DNA of 64,000 nucleotides, taken from the NCBI GenBank assembly GCA_038259155.1, contig JBBSPE010000002.1, positions 723 through 64,722 on the forward strand, in the 5' to 3' direction. Source of the stretch: Gemmatimonadales bacterium. Its GTDB lineage: Bacteria; Gemmatimonadota; Gemmatimonadetes; Gemmatimonadales; Gemmatimonadaceae. Both the position numbers and the translations under genes were made by a program. Shown piece by piece: positions 47,387 through 56,196 of this stretch; the first letter of the stretch is position 1, and the number at the start of each line of letters is the position of its first letter. The notes beneath the pieces are model-generated. The model was not told the origin of the DNA. It did not search any database and saw only the letters and a list, made by a program, of their open reading frames with translations.

Positions 47387-48361
47387 ATGTGCAGGTCTCT
47401 GCGCGCGTCCATTCGCGCGCGCGTCTCTCCACCCGTTTGTTGTACGCGAGTGCACGCCGCCGCTTTGGCGCTATTGCTCGCGATCTGGGCCGTCCCCGCG
47501 GCGGCACAGACCGACTTTCTGAACACCGACGGCGGTCGTCCGCTGCACGTGCAGGATGCGATGTCGGTGGATTGGCGCGCGTTCGAGCTGCAGTTCGCGC
47601 CGCTGAGCATCGAGCGCCATCGGGAAAGCCAGTGGCTGGTGTCCATCGAGCCGGAGCTCGCGTTCGGTCTGTGGCCGCGCACGCACGTTTCCATAGGCCT
47701 GCCCCTCGTGTCGTTGCCCAAACCGAGCCCCGCCGTGTTTCAGCTGTTCGGCCGCTCGGCAGGCCAGGCCCGCCTGTCACGCTCGGCGAGCATACCGGCG
47801 CGCGACGTGATCATTGATCCGTCCGTGCCCTCCGCCGGACAGACGGGAGGTCTCGCCGGCGTGCACCTCTCGGTGTTCCACCAGCTCAACGTCGAAACGC
47901 GCATCCCGGCCTTGGCCGTGCGCGGCGCAGTGTTGCTGCCCGCGGGTCCGTTTGGTCCGGCGCGGGCCATCCCATCGATCATGGGCATCGTCACGCGCAC
48001 GCTGCCCGCGCTCGGCGCCGTCCGCGTGCACGGCAACGCGTCCGTCGCGTTCGGGGATGCGCCGGAGACGTTGGGTGTCGGCCAGTTCGCCGCGGAGGAG
48101 CCGCGCTGGATGGCGGGCGTGTCGATGGATCGGGCGTTTCCGCTTCAGTCCACGCTCATCGCCGTTGAAGCCGTGGCCGAGCAGGGCATGCGGGCCGACG
48201 ACGTGGTGCGCTGGCGCAGCGGCGTTGGTGTGCGGCACCAGTTTTCCCCGCGCGTGGTGCTCGACTTGGGTTTCGGCCGCCAGCTCACGGGTGCCGACTC
48301 GCACTGGTCGTTCACCGCAGGCAGCGCCATCGAGCTTGGGCTCGGCCGACGCATTTTCTGA
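47387..48361 (+). CDS. Putative outer-membrane beta-barrel protein (MetA-pathway/'transporter' PF13557-like)
   Basis: The signal peptide ends AVPAAAQ. TDFLNTDGGRPLHVQDA and alternating beta-strand-like segments run to a C-terminal aromatic residue (RRIF). The family call is from memory only. Confidence 0.5.
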   Translation: MCRSLRASIRARVSPPVCCTRVHAAALALLLAIWAVPAAAQTDFLNTDGGRPLHVQDAMSVDWRAFELQFAPLSIERHRESQWLVSIEPELAFGLWPRTHVSIGLPLVSLPKPSPAVFQLFGRSAGQARLSRSASIPARDVIIDPSVPSAGQTGGLAGVHLSVFHQLNVETRIPALAVRGAVLLPAGPFGPARAIPSIMGIVTRTLPALGAVRVHGNASVAFGDAPETLGVGQFAAEEPRWMAGVSMDRAFPLQSTLIAVEAVAEQGMRADDVVRWRSGVGVRHQFSPRVVLDLGFGRQLTGADSHWSFTAGSAIELGLGRRIF

Positions 48362-48378
48362 CCCGATCCGGAGGTTAC

Positions 48379-49575
48379 ATGACTCGATTGACACGAGCGG
48401 TCGCCGGTATTGCGACCGCACTGATGATAGGCCTGCCGTGGCAGGCGGCGCACGCGCAGTGGGTGACCACCGCCGAGCAGTTCTATCCGGGCGGCGCGTG
48501 GAACTGGCGGTTTCTGCGCGTCTATCCGAACTCGGCGCGCCTCTTCAACGCGTTCGACTACGGGCACGCCATCCTGTACGAGGTGCTGTGGCGCCAGCCG
48601 GCCACGCAGGCCATTCCGCGTCTGGAGGAACGGGAGTTTGATTTTCTGGTGAACAAGCTGCTGGTGAATCCTCCGCGCATTCCGCTGGCGGAAGAGTCCG
48701 TGATGCCGTCATACGCGCGGTTGGCGCCGGAAGCGAAAATGATGTTCGAGTGGGCGCACATCCTGCACCGGCAGATCTACGACATCTGGGCCGATGGCCG
48801 GATCAGCACGGACGAAAAGGACGACGAGGTCGCGCGTGTGTTCGAGGCGTACCTGACGCGCCGCGATCTCGCCTTCAGCACGAAGCCCAAGAGCATGCGG
48901 CTCATGCAGGAAATGCCCTACTCGCTCGCGTTCCGGAAGCAGTATCCCAAGTTCAACGGACTGATCTGGGCCTACCACTGGCTGCAGGTCGGGCTGTACG
49001 AACCCATGATCGTGGCTGAGACGCCGTTGGCGCGCGACTCGCTGGTGCGGGCCACGACGGATCGCTTCCGGGCCATGATCGCGGAGGCGCCGTCGCGCAT
49101 GCCGCACGTGATGCCAATGACGGCGGCCGTCGCGCCCGCGTTCGCCGCGCGCTACCCGAGCATCGCCATCGTGTTCGACAACCTGCATTCAATGCACGAT
49201 GTCATCAGCGATATTCTGGCAAACGACAGCGTGCCGCAGAACGCCAAGCGCGCAGAAATTCTGCTGGCCGCGTCACGCTATCGCGACAGTACCTCGTATG
49301 TGATGCCCGACTCGGCGTGGCGCACGATGGCGCGCGAAATGGGTATCGAAAATCAGGGCGGCCCGGCGGTTGGATTCGGCGCCACCTTTCCGACGCCAAC
49401 CGTCACGCGTGGCGCCGTGATGCAGCACGATGATCGCACAGGCCGGCACACCGGTATGGCGTGGGGCGAGATGCTCATGGAGGGCATGGACCACTCGGGC
49501 CGCCTGATGCCGCGTGACACGCTGCCCAATGCGCGCTCGCTCACTCCCGCGCGTTCAGTCTTCCGACGCGAGTAG
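48379..49575 (+). CDS. Secreted helical His-rich protein with Met/His-rich C-terminal tail, hypothetical
   Basis: It has a signal peptide (IGLPWQAAHAQ). Recurrent His-containing helices include FDYGHAILYE, WAHILHRQIYD, YHWLQ and LHSMHDV. The tail reads GAVMQHDDRTGRHTGMAWGEMLMEGMDHSGRLMP. Confidence 0.5.
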   Translation: MTRLTRAVAGIATALMIGLPWQAAHAQWVTTAEQFYPGGAWNWRFLRVYPNSARLFNAFDYGHAILYEVLWRQPATQAIPRLEEREFDFLVNKLLVNPPRIPLAEESVMPSYARLAPEAKMMFEWAHILHRQIYDIWADGRISTDEKDDEVARVFEAYLTRRDLAFSTKPKSMRLMQEMPYSLAFRKQYPKFNGLIWAYHWLQVGLYEPMIVAETPLARDSLVRATTDRFRAMIAEAPSRMPHVMPMTAAVAPAFAARYPSIAIVFDNLHSMHDVISDILANDSVPQNAKRAEILLAASRYRDSTSYVMPDSAWRTMAREMGIENQGGPAVGFGATFPTPTVTRGAVMQHDDRTGRHTGMAWGEMLMEGMDHSGRLMPRDTLPNARSLTPARSVFRRE

Positions 49576-50250
49576 GCCAAGCCGGAGTGCCAGCTTCACG
49601 TAGTCGGTGCGATGCGCGATCCCCAGCTTTTCGTTGATACGCTGCTTGTACGTGTCCACCGTTTTGGGACTGATGGAGAGCCGCGAGCCGATCTCGGGTG
49701 CGGTGTGGCCTTCGGCAAAGAGCTGAAGCACTACCTGCTCGCGATCGGTGAGCCGCTCGAACCGCGCGCGATCATCGGAGTGTTCGTCCTTGCGCGCCAG
49801 GCCGCGTGCGAGCGCGCGGGCGGCCGACGGCTGCACGTAGATGTCGCCGGCCGCAACGGTGCGTACGGCGTCCACCAGCTCGCGCTCGGCCACCGTCTTG
49901 AGCAGGTAGCCAGCGGCACCGGCTTCGAGCAGGGCGACGAGGTGTTCGTCTTCGTTGTGCATGGTGAGCACGAGCACACGCTGCGTGGGGGGCGTGCCGC
50001 GTTCGATCACGCGATCAGCCGCCAACTTGGCGAGCTCGCGCGTGGCGGTGAGTCCGTCCATTTCCGGCATGGACAGATCCATCACCACCACGTGCGGATT
50101 GAGTCGGGCGGCCAACGCGAGTGCCTCCTTGCCCGTGCTCGCCTCGCCGACCACCGTGATGTCCTTGGCGGTCGCCAAGACGGCCGTGAGGCCTGCACGC
50201 ACGATGGCGTGATCGTCCACGAGCACAACGCGAATCAGATCAGGACGCAT
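49555..50250 (-). CDS. NarL/FixJ-family response regulator (REC + LuxR HTH)
   Basis: IRVVLVDDHAIVRAGL...VVMDLSMPEMDG is the REC domain. LTDREQVVLQLFAEGHTAPEIGSRLSISPKTVDTYKQRI is the LuxR-type HTH. Confidence 0.9.
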   Translation of the reverse strand: MRPDLIRVVLVDDHAIVRAGLTAVLATAKDITVVGEASTGKEALALAARLNPHVVVMDLSMPEMDGLTATRELAKLAADRVIERGTPPTQRVLVLTMHNEDEHLVALLEAGAAGYLLKTVAERELVDAVRTVAAGDIYVQPSAARALARGLARKDEHSDDRARFERLTDREQVVLQLFAEGHTAPEIGSRLSISPKTVDTYKQRINEKLGIAHRTDYVKLALRLGLLASED

Positions 50251-50291
50251 GTCGTAATGTCGCGCCGACCGGGTGCAAGCTCAAGGCGGTA

Positions 50292-51374
50292 TCAGCGATC
50301 GAGTTGCTCGAACACCGTTTCGCGACGCGGCGATTGGCGTTCCTGGCGCGGTGGCGAGCGCTTGAAAATCCAGAACAGGTAGACAAAGGACGGCAGCAGG
50401 ATGAGCGTACCGATGCCGAGCACCCCGAGCACGAGCTGCTGTGTGATACGCGGCGCGGCAAGCGATGTGATGCTGTGCGAGGGTGGCAGCAGCCAAGGGA
50501 ATTGTGACCACGCCCATCCCCACAGCAGGAACGACGCCTGTGCGGCTGCGGCCACCACTGCCAGGAGCCAGCGCCGTCGCCACAGCGCCCACACCCCACC
50601 CAGTCCGGCGACCGCCGTGGCGCCGTGCATGCCGATTGCCACCGTCCCCGAGGTGAGGCCCACGAACACCAGCGGCGCTTCGCCGCGAGCGGCGAGAATG
50701 GTCAGCGTGCCGCAGACGAACACCGCCACGGCGGCGAACAGCGCGCGGGTGCGGAAGTCCTCCATGAGAGCCGGGTCCTTGCTCTCCCACGCCAGATAGA
50801 CGGCGGCCAGGTGCGCGAACAGTGCGAGCGTGAGCACGCCGACGGCCACAGTGAACCCGTTCAACCACGGGTCCACGTACACCGTGCGAAATCCGAGCGC
50901 GGGATTTACGACGTCGAGCGGCACGTTGCCGGCGGCGACCGCGCCGAGACACATGCCGAGTACCACGGGGGTGACCACGCTGGCGATCGCGAAGATGCGT
51001 CCCCAGCGTCGTTGGACGACGTCCTCCTTGCTGTCGTAGCTCCGGAAGGTGAAAGCGGAGCCGCGCAGCACGATGCCCACGAGCATGAAGGAAATGGGGA
51101 CGTGCAGCGACGTCGCCAAATGGGCGAAGGCGCGCGGAAAGCAGCTGAACAGGAGGACCACCACCAGAATCAACCAGACGTGATTCGCCTCCCAGATGGG
51201 CCCGATGGCCGTCGCGACCGCCGAACGCTGCGTCTCGCGGCGCGGACCGGTGGCGAGCAGGTCCCAGACGCCGCCACCAAAGTCGGCCCCTGCCAACAGC
51301 ACGTAGGCGTTGAGCGCCAGCACCATGACGCCGGCCACCGCGTGCGGTAGCGTGAAAATCGAGTCCGTGTTCAC
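50292..51374 (-). CDS. cydB: Cytochrome bd ubiquinol oxidase subunit II
   Basis: 360 aa from a GTG that overlaps the cydA stop (GTGA). AYVLLAGADFGGGVWDL is the typical CydB N-terminal motif, followed by 8-9 TM segments. Confidence 0.85.
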   Translation of the reverse strand: MNTDSIFTLPHAVAGVMVLALNAYVLLAGADFGGGVWDLLATGPRRETQRSAVATAIGPIWEANHVWLILVVVLLFSCFPRAFAHLATSLHVPISFMLVGIVLRGSAFTFRSYDSKEDVVQRRWGRIFAIASVVTPVVLGMCLGAVAAGNVPLDVVNPALGFRTVYVDPWLNGFTVAVGVLTLALFAHLAAVYLAWESKDPALMEDFRTRALFAAVAVFVCGTLTILAARGEAPLVFVGLTSGTVAIGMHGATAVAGLGGVWALWRRRWLLAVVAAAAQASFLLWGWAWSQFPWLLPPSHSITSLAAPRITQQLVLGVLGIGTLILLPSFVYLFWIFKRSPPRQERQSPRRETVFEQLDR

Positions 51375-52735
51375 GCGCGGCCCGGCACAACCAGCTCCTC
51401 GGTGAATCGGGCCGCCCCCGGGGCGCCCACGTGCGTCTTCAGGATCTGACGGTACAACAGCCAGACCACCGCCACCGACAGCCCGATGTACAGCAGCGTG
51501 AAGGCGAGGAACGGCACCACGAGCCCGGGCATGGGCGTGACCGCGTCCGCCGTGCGCATCACCCCTTGGATGATCCACGGCTGTCTTCCCACCTCGGTGA
51601 CCGTCCAGCCGGCCTCGATGGCGATGAAGCCGAGGGGTGCCGTGGCCACCAGCGCGCGCAGATACCACACGTGGTCGGGCAGCGGCGTGCCGAGCCCGTG
51701 TCGGCGTCGCCAGGTACGCCCGATCGTCCACACGCCAACCAGCGCCATGAGCACACCGCACGCGACCATGAGCTGGAACGCCACGTGCACCACGCCCACC
51801 GGTGGACGATCGGCGGCGGGCACCGCGTCGAGTCCGGGTACAGCGACGGACGCGTCACCATGCATGAGCAGCGAGATCGCGCCCGGCACCTCGATCGCGA
51901 ATCGGTTGGTGCCCGTGGCGGCATCGGGCCAGCCGCCGATCACGAGCGACATGGGACCGGTATGGTGATGCGCCTCCATCGCCGCCAGCTTCACTGGCTG
52001 CTGCTCCGCCACCACGCGCGCCGCCAGATCGCCGGAGAGCGGTTGCAGCAGCGCCGCCGGCACGCCCACCAGCAGGCCGATGTGCACCGCGGCCCGATGG
52101 AAGGCCGGATATCCCGTGCCGCGGCGCAGGGCCAGCGCGTGGATGCCGGCCGTGGCGAAGCCCGTGGCGGCGTACGCGGCCAATGTCATGTGCAGCACCT
52201 GCGAGAAGGCCGCCGGATTGAGCATCGCGGCGATCGGGTCCACGTTGCTGACCACGCCGTCCGTGAGCGTGAAGCCGGTCGGACTGTTCATCCAGGCATT
52301 GGCGGTGACCACGAACGCGCCAGAGAGCGCGCCGCTCACGGCCACGACGACGCCCGCCGCGAGGTGTGCGCGCGTCGAGATGCGGTCCCAGGCATACAAA
52401 TAGATGCCCAGAAAGATGGCCTCGGTGAAGAACGCGAGGCCTTCCAGGGAGAACGGCATGCCGATGATGCCGCCCGCGTGCTCCATGAAACCGGGCCAGA
52501 GCAGGCCAAGCTCGAAGGAGAGCACCGTGCCGGACACCGCGCCCACGGCGAACAGGATGGCCGTGCCCTTGGCCCAGCGCTTCGCCAGTTCCTTGAGCAG
52601 CGGCTCGCCGCGCCGCAGGTAGCGGTACTCAGCGATCACCATGAGCGCCGGCATGCCGATGCCGACCACAGCGAACAGGATGTGGAAGCCGAGCGACATC
52701 GCCATCTGACTGCGTGCAGCAAGCAGGTCGTTCAC
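51371..52735 (-). CDS. cydA: Cytochrome bd ubiquinol oxidase subunit I
   Basis: LARSQMAMSLGFHILFA, the Q-loop region and GWTVTEVGRQPW are CydA hallmarks. Confidence 0.9.
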   Translation of the reverse strand: MNDLLAARSQMAMSLGFHILFAVVGIGMPALMVIAEYRYLRRGEPLLKELAKRWAKGTAILFAVGAVSGTVLSFELGLLWPGFMEHAGGIIGMPFSLEGLAFFTEAIFLGIYLYAWDRISTRAHLAAGVVVAVSGALSGAFVVTANAWMNSPTGFTLTDGVVSNVDPIAAMLNPAAFSQVLHMTLAAYAATGFATAGIHALALRRGTGYPAFHRAAVHIGLLVGVPAALLQPLSGDLAARVVAEQQPVKLAAMEAHHHTGPMSLVIGGWPDAATGTNRFAIEVPGAISLLMHGDASVAVPGLDAVPAADRPPVGVVHVAFQLMVACGVLMALVGVWTIGRTWRRRHGLGTPLPDHVWYLRALVATAPLGFIAIEAGWTVTEVGRQPWIIQGVMRTADAVTPMPGLVVPFLAFTLLYIGLSVAVVWLLYRQILKTHVGAPGAARFTEELVVPGRA

Positions 52736-52778
52736 GGAGCGCTGGCCCGGCGCGTGCCGTTGCCGGCTGCGCGCGCCC

Positions 52779-53180
52779 TCAACCGGCCATCGCCGCCTTG
52801 AGGCGTGCGCGCATGGTGAACAGCTCGGCGTTCTGATTCGGATTCAGCTTGATGATGTCCTCGAGCAGCTTGAGGATCGTGGTGTCGTCCTCCACGCTCG
52901 TGGGCTCGGCGCTCAACCGCACGCCGAAGCCGAAATGCTGGCCCGGCAGGAGAATCATTTCTTTTTCGAGCGCCACGTCGCTCATGTCGTCGGCGATGCG
53001 GACGGCCACGAAGTTCTTGCCGACCTGTTCCATGTAGCACACGCGCAGCCCGTTGGCGGCCGCGGGCCATGGCTGGTATGGGTGCATCCGGCCATCGGTT
53101 CCGCGGAACTCGCTGGTCGTGTTGCTCAGCTCGGGGAAGTTGGTCTCGAAGGCACCGACGTAGAGCAGGGCGTGTCGCAT
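52779..53180 (-). CDS. Unknown protein, paralogue A (133 aa), first of two tandem paralogues upstream of cydA
   Basis: I prefer the internal start MRHALLYVGAFETNFPELSN because paralogue B starts with the same MRHAL motif. There is no signal peptide or TM segment, and I recognise no family. Confidence 0.6.
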   Translation of the reverse strand: MRHALLYVGAFETNFPELSNTTSEFRGTDGRMHPYQPWPAAANGLRVCYMEQVGKNFVAVRIADDMSDVALEKEMILLPGQHFGFGVRLSAEPTSVEDDTTILKLLEDIIKLNPNQNAELFTMRARLKAAMAG

Positions 53181-53208
53181 GACAGAATCGGGCAGAAGAA
53201 ATGGAAAT

Positions 53209-53237
53209 CCGGACGGCGGAATCACCGCGCCGTCCGG
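53209..53237 (-). terminator. Intercistronic GC hairpin followed by a U-rich tract between paralogues B and A (attenuator/partial terminator candidate)
   Basis: A perfect 10-bp stem (ccggacggcg / cgccgtccgg) with a 9-nt loop. On the transcribed minus strand it is followed by AUUUCCAUUUCUUCU, 28 nt before the paralogue A ATG. Confidence 0.45.
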
Positions 53238-53260
53238 TGCTACAGGGAGGAGCACGCCGC

Positions 53261-53671
53261 TCAGGCGCGCTTCTTGCTCGCGTTGGACTTGAAGCGTGCG
53301 CGCATGTTCAGCAGCTCCGGCCCTTGGTCGAGATTCTTCTTGGCAATGTCCTCGAGCAGCTTCATGATGGCAATATCGTCTTCCACGCTGGTGGGCTCGC
53401 CACTCAGGCGCACGCCAAAGCCGAAGTGCTCTCCGGGCACCAGCACCACCTCGTTCTCCAGGACCACGTCACTCACATCATCGGCCACGCGGACCGCCAC
53501 GAACTTCTTGCCCGTCTTCTCCATGAAGCAGAAGCGCAGACCATTGGCACTGTCCGGCCACGCCGGGTAGGGATGCATGCCGCCGTCGCTGCCCTCGAAC
53601 GTAGTGGTGGTGTTGGTGAGGTTCGGGAAGTTCCGTTCAAAGGCACCGACGTACATGAGCGCGTGTCGCAT
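53261..53671 (-). CDS. Unknown protein, paralogue B (136 aa)
   Basis: The start is MRHALMYVGAFERNFPNLTN. By hand alignment, 89 of the first 128 positions are identical to paralogue A. Confidence 0.6.
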   Translation of the reverse strand: MRHALMYVGAFERNFPNLTNTTTTFEGSDGGMHPYPAWPDSANGLRFCFMEKTGKKFVAVRVADDVSDVVLENEVVLVPGEHFGFGVRLSGEPTSVEDDIAIMKLLEDIAKKNLDQGPELLNMRARFKSNASKKRA

Positions 53672-53911
53672 AGGTCTCTGATGGGGTGAGAGGATGGCCC
53701 GGGACGCCGCGGGGACGCCGTGTTCGGGAGGAACATTACGCCGAGGAGGCCAATCCCGCACCTCCGGCGAACGGTCTGGAGCATCGAAGCCGCCACGTTC
53801 GCGACAGTTCGGGGGTGGTGGGCTTGTGTTTCGCACGGCAAAGGCTGACCCTTCCACGACAGGTTTTCACAGGGCTCTTCCCGCGTTCCTTCCCCTGTCC
53901 AGGAGCTGACG

Positions 53912-54448
53912 ATGCCGTCATCCCCTCTCCCGATCAGCTCGCTGCAGTCGCTTACCATCCCGCTCGAGCGTGATGTCTTTCTGCGGTCCATGCTGCGCGA
54001 ACTCGCCGGCACTTTGCAGGACGTCGTCGGGCTGGACGAGGCCGGTGGATTCATCAGCGTGGTGGGACAGCGCATCGGCGACGATCTCAACGCCAGCTAC
54101 CGGACCGCGCTCGACGTCCCGAGACTGAACCGTCCGCAGGTCGCCGAGGTGCTCGTGGACCTCAAACAGCGCATCCAGGGCGGATTCCGGGTGGTCGAAC
54201 AGGACGACACGCGAATCGTCTTTGCCAACACGGCCTGCCCATTCGCCGAGAAGGTCATTGGCCGGCCGGCGCTCTGCATGATGACGTCGAATGTATTTGG
54301 CAGCATTGCGGCGGAGAATCTGGGGTTCGCCAAGGTCGTGCTCGAGGAAACCATTGCGCAGGGCGATGCCGGATGCCGTGTGGTGGTGCACCTGCAGCAC
54401 ACGCCGGAGTGTGAGCTGGCAGAGGGACGCGAGTACTTCCAGGGCTGA
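53912..54448 (+). CDS. Small sensor/output-like protein (methanogen-output-domain-1 / V4R-like)
   Basis: 178 aa. [14 protein letters not shown]...[24 protein letters not shown]...[31 protein letters not shown] matches my memory of 'methanogen output domain 1' proteins found next to histidine kinases. This is not verified. Confidence 0.5.
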   Translation: MPSSPLPISSLQSLTIPLERDVFLRSMLRELAGTLQDVVGLDEAGGFISVVGQRIGDDLNASYRTALDVPRLNRPQVAEVLVDLKQRIQGGFRVVEQDDTRIVFANTACPFAEKVIGRPALCMMTSNVFGSIAAENLGFAKVVLEETIAQGDAGCRVVVHLQHTPECELAEGREYFQG

Positions 54449-54452
54449 GCAC

Positions 54453-56114
54453 GTGATCCCCACGCAGTTCGTCGCCGTGACCGAGTGGCTGCCGGAGGCG
54501 ATGATCCTGATCACTCGCGAGGGCATCATCACGGGAGCGAATCGCGCCGCTTGCCAGCTGCTCGGGATCCCGGCGTTGCCGACGGAGCCCTTCTCCATTC
54601 ACGACGCACTGCACGAGAGCAGCAGCGATCTCCGGGGCTATCTGCGCGACGCGGCGCGGACGCGCCAGCCCATGCCGGGACGGCTGACGCTTCGGGGAGA
54701 CGAGGGAGCACCGCTTCCGTTCCGCACCACGGCCCGCCTCGTGCAGCCGGCCGGTCCTGATCGGCGCGCGCTCTTGCTGGTGCACCTGCTCCCCAAGGGG
54801 GGCGCGCACACGCAGTTCAAGCTGCTCACGGAACGCGTTGAGCAGCTGAGCGTCGAGATCCAGCGGCGCCAGCGCGCTGAAGAGGAACGGCGCACCCTCG
54901 AAACGCAGATGCTGCAGACCCAAAAGTTGGAGAGCCTCGGCGTACTCGCTGGCGGCATCGCGCACGACTTCAACAACCTGCTCACCAGCATCATTGGCTA
55001 CTGCGACCTCGCCCGCGGAGAAGTAGCGCCAGCGGCGCCAGCGGCGGCGTTTCTGGACGAAGCCGTGAACGGGGCCCGTCGTGCCGCCGAGCTCACGCAG
55101 CAGATGCTCGCCTATGCCGGCAAGGGGCGCTTCATCGTGGAGCCGGTGGTCCTCTCCTCGCTCGTGGACGACATTGCGCGCCTGCTCGAGGTGTCCATTT
55201 CCAAGCGCTGCGTGCTGCGCTATCACCTGCTCGCGGAACTGCCGGCCTGCCAAGCGGACGCCACCCAGATGCGGCAGGTGATCATGAATCTGATCATCAA
55301 CGCATCCGACGCCATCGGCGATCGCAGCGGAGTCATCTCGCTCACCACCGGCGTTGCGTGGTGCGATCAGGAGTACCTCACCGACAATCATGTGGACGAC
55401 GACCTGCCGGAGGGACTCTATGTCCATTTGGAGGTCGCAGACACGGGGGTGGGCATGACCGCCGAAACGCGCCGGCGCATCTTCGATCCGTTCTTCACCA
55501 CCAAGTTCACGGGACGCGGGCTCGGACTGGCGGCGGTGCTTGGCATCGTGCGCAGTCATGGCGGCTCTATCCGGGTGTACAGCGAGATTGGACGCGGCAC
55601 CTCGTTCAAGATCCTCCTGCCCGCTATTGACCAGACGATTTCCAGGGACGCGACCGGCACCGCGGCCGAACCCGAGTGGAATGGACGCGGCACCGTGCTG
55701 GTCGTGGACGACGAAGAAAGCATTCGGGGCCTGACGAAACACATGCTCCGCAAGGTCGGCTTCGATGTGATCACGGCGAGTGACGGCCGCGAGGCACTGG
55801 AGCTGTTCCGGGCTGATCCGTCGCGCATTGCGCTGGTGCTGCTCGACCTCACCATGCCGCATCTCGATGGCGCGGCCACGTTTCGCGAGCTCCGCCGCAT
55901 CCAACCGGGCGTTCGCGCCATTCTCATGAGCGGTTACAACGAGCAGACGGTTACCGCACAGTTCGCCGGCAAGGGCATAGCCGGCTTCATCCAAAAGCCG
56001 TTCCGGGTCTCACAGCTGCGGGACGCCGTTCAAGCGGCACTGGGCGAGCCCGTAGCGCCGCTGGCTGAACGCGCCGCTCAACGCCCCGCTCAACGCCCGA
56101 TCGAAACCGGTTAA
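54453..56114 (+). CDS. Soluble hybrid sensor histidine kinase (PAS - HisKA - HATPase - REC)
   Basis: The GTG start lies 5 nt after the upstream stop. It has a PAS-like N-terminus, an H-box (GGIAHDFNNLLT), N/G boxes (NLIINASDA, DTGVGM, GLGLAAV) and a C-terminal receiver (VLVVDDEE...LLDLTMPHLDG). No TM segment is present. Confidence 0.85.
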   Translation: MIPTQFVAVTEWLPEAMILITREGIITGANRAACQLLGIPALPTEPFSIHDALHESSSDLRGYLRDAARTRQPMPGRLTLRGDEGAPLPFRTTARLVQPAGPDRRALLLVHLLPKGGAHTQFKLLTERVEQLSVEIQRRQRAEEERRTLETQMLQTQKLESLGVLAGGIAHDFNNLLTSIIGYCDLARGEVAPAAPAAAFLDEAVNGARRAAELTQQMLAYAGKGRFIVEPVVLSSLVDDIARLLEVSISKRCVLRYHLLAELPACQADATQMRQVIMNLIINASDAIGDRSGVISLTTGVAWCDQEYLTDNHVDDDLPEGLYVHLEVADTGVGMTAETRRRIFDPFFTTKFTGRGLGLAAVLGIVRSHGGSIRVYSEIGRGTSFKILLPAIDQTISRDATGTAAEPEWNGRGTVLVVDDEESIRGLTKHMLRKVGFDVITASDGREALELFRADPSRIALVLLDLTMPHLDGAATFRELRRIQPGVRAILMSGYNEQTVTAQFAGKGIAGFIQKPFRVSQLRDAVQAALGEPVAPLAERAAQRPAQRPIETG

Positions 56115-56196
56115 AACGATTCGACCTGCTCGCTCCGTCCAACAGGGGTACGCCGGCCTGATTCGCGCGCCGACCGTTTCCCTCGCCCAGCTGCCC

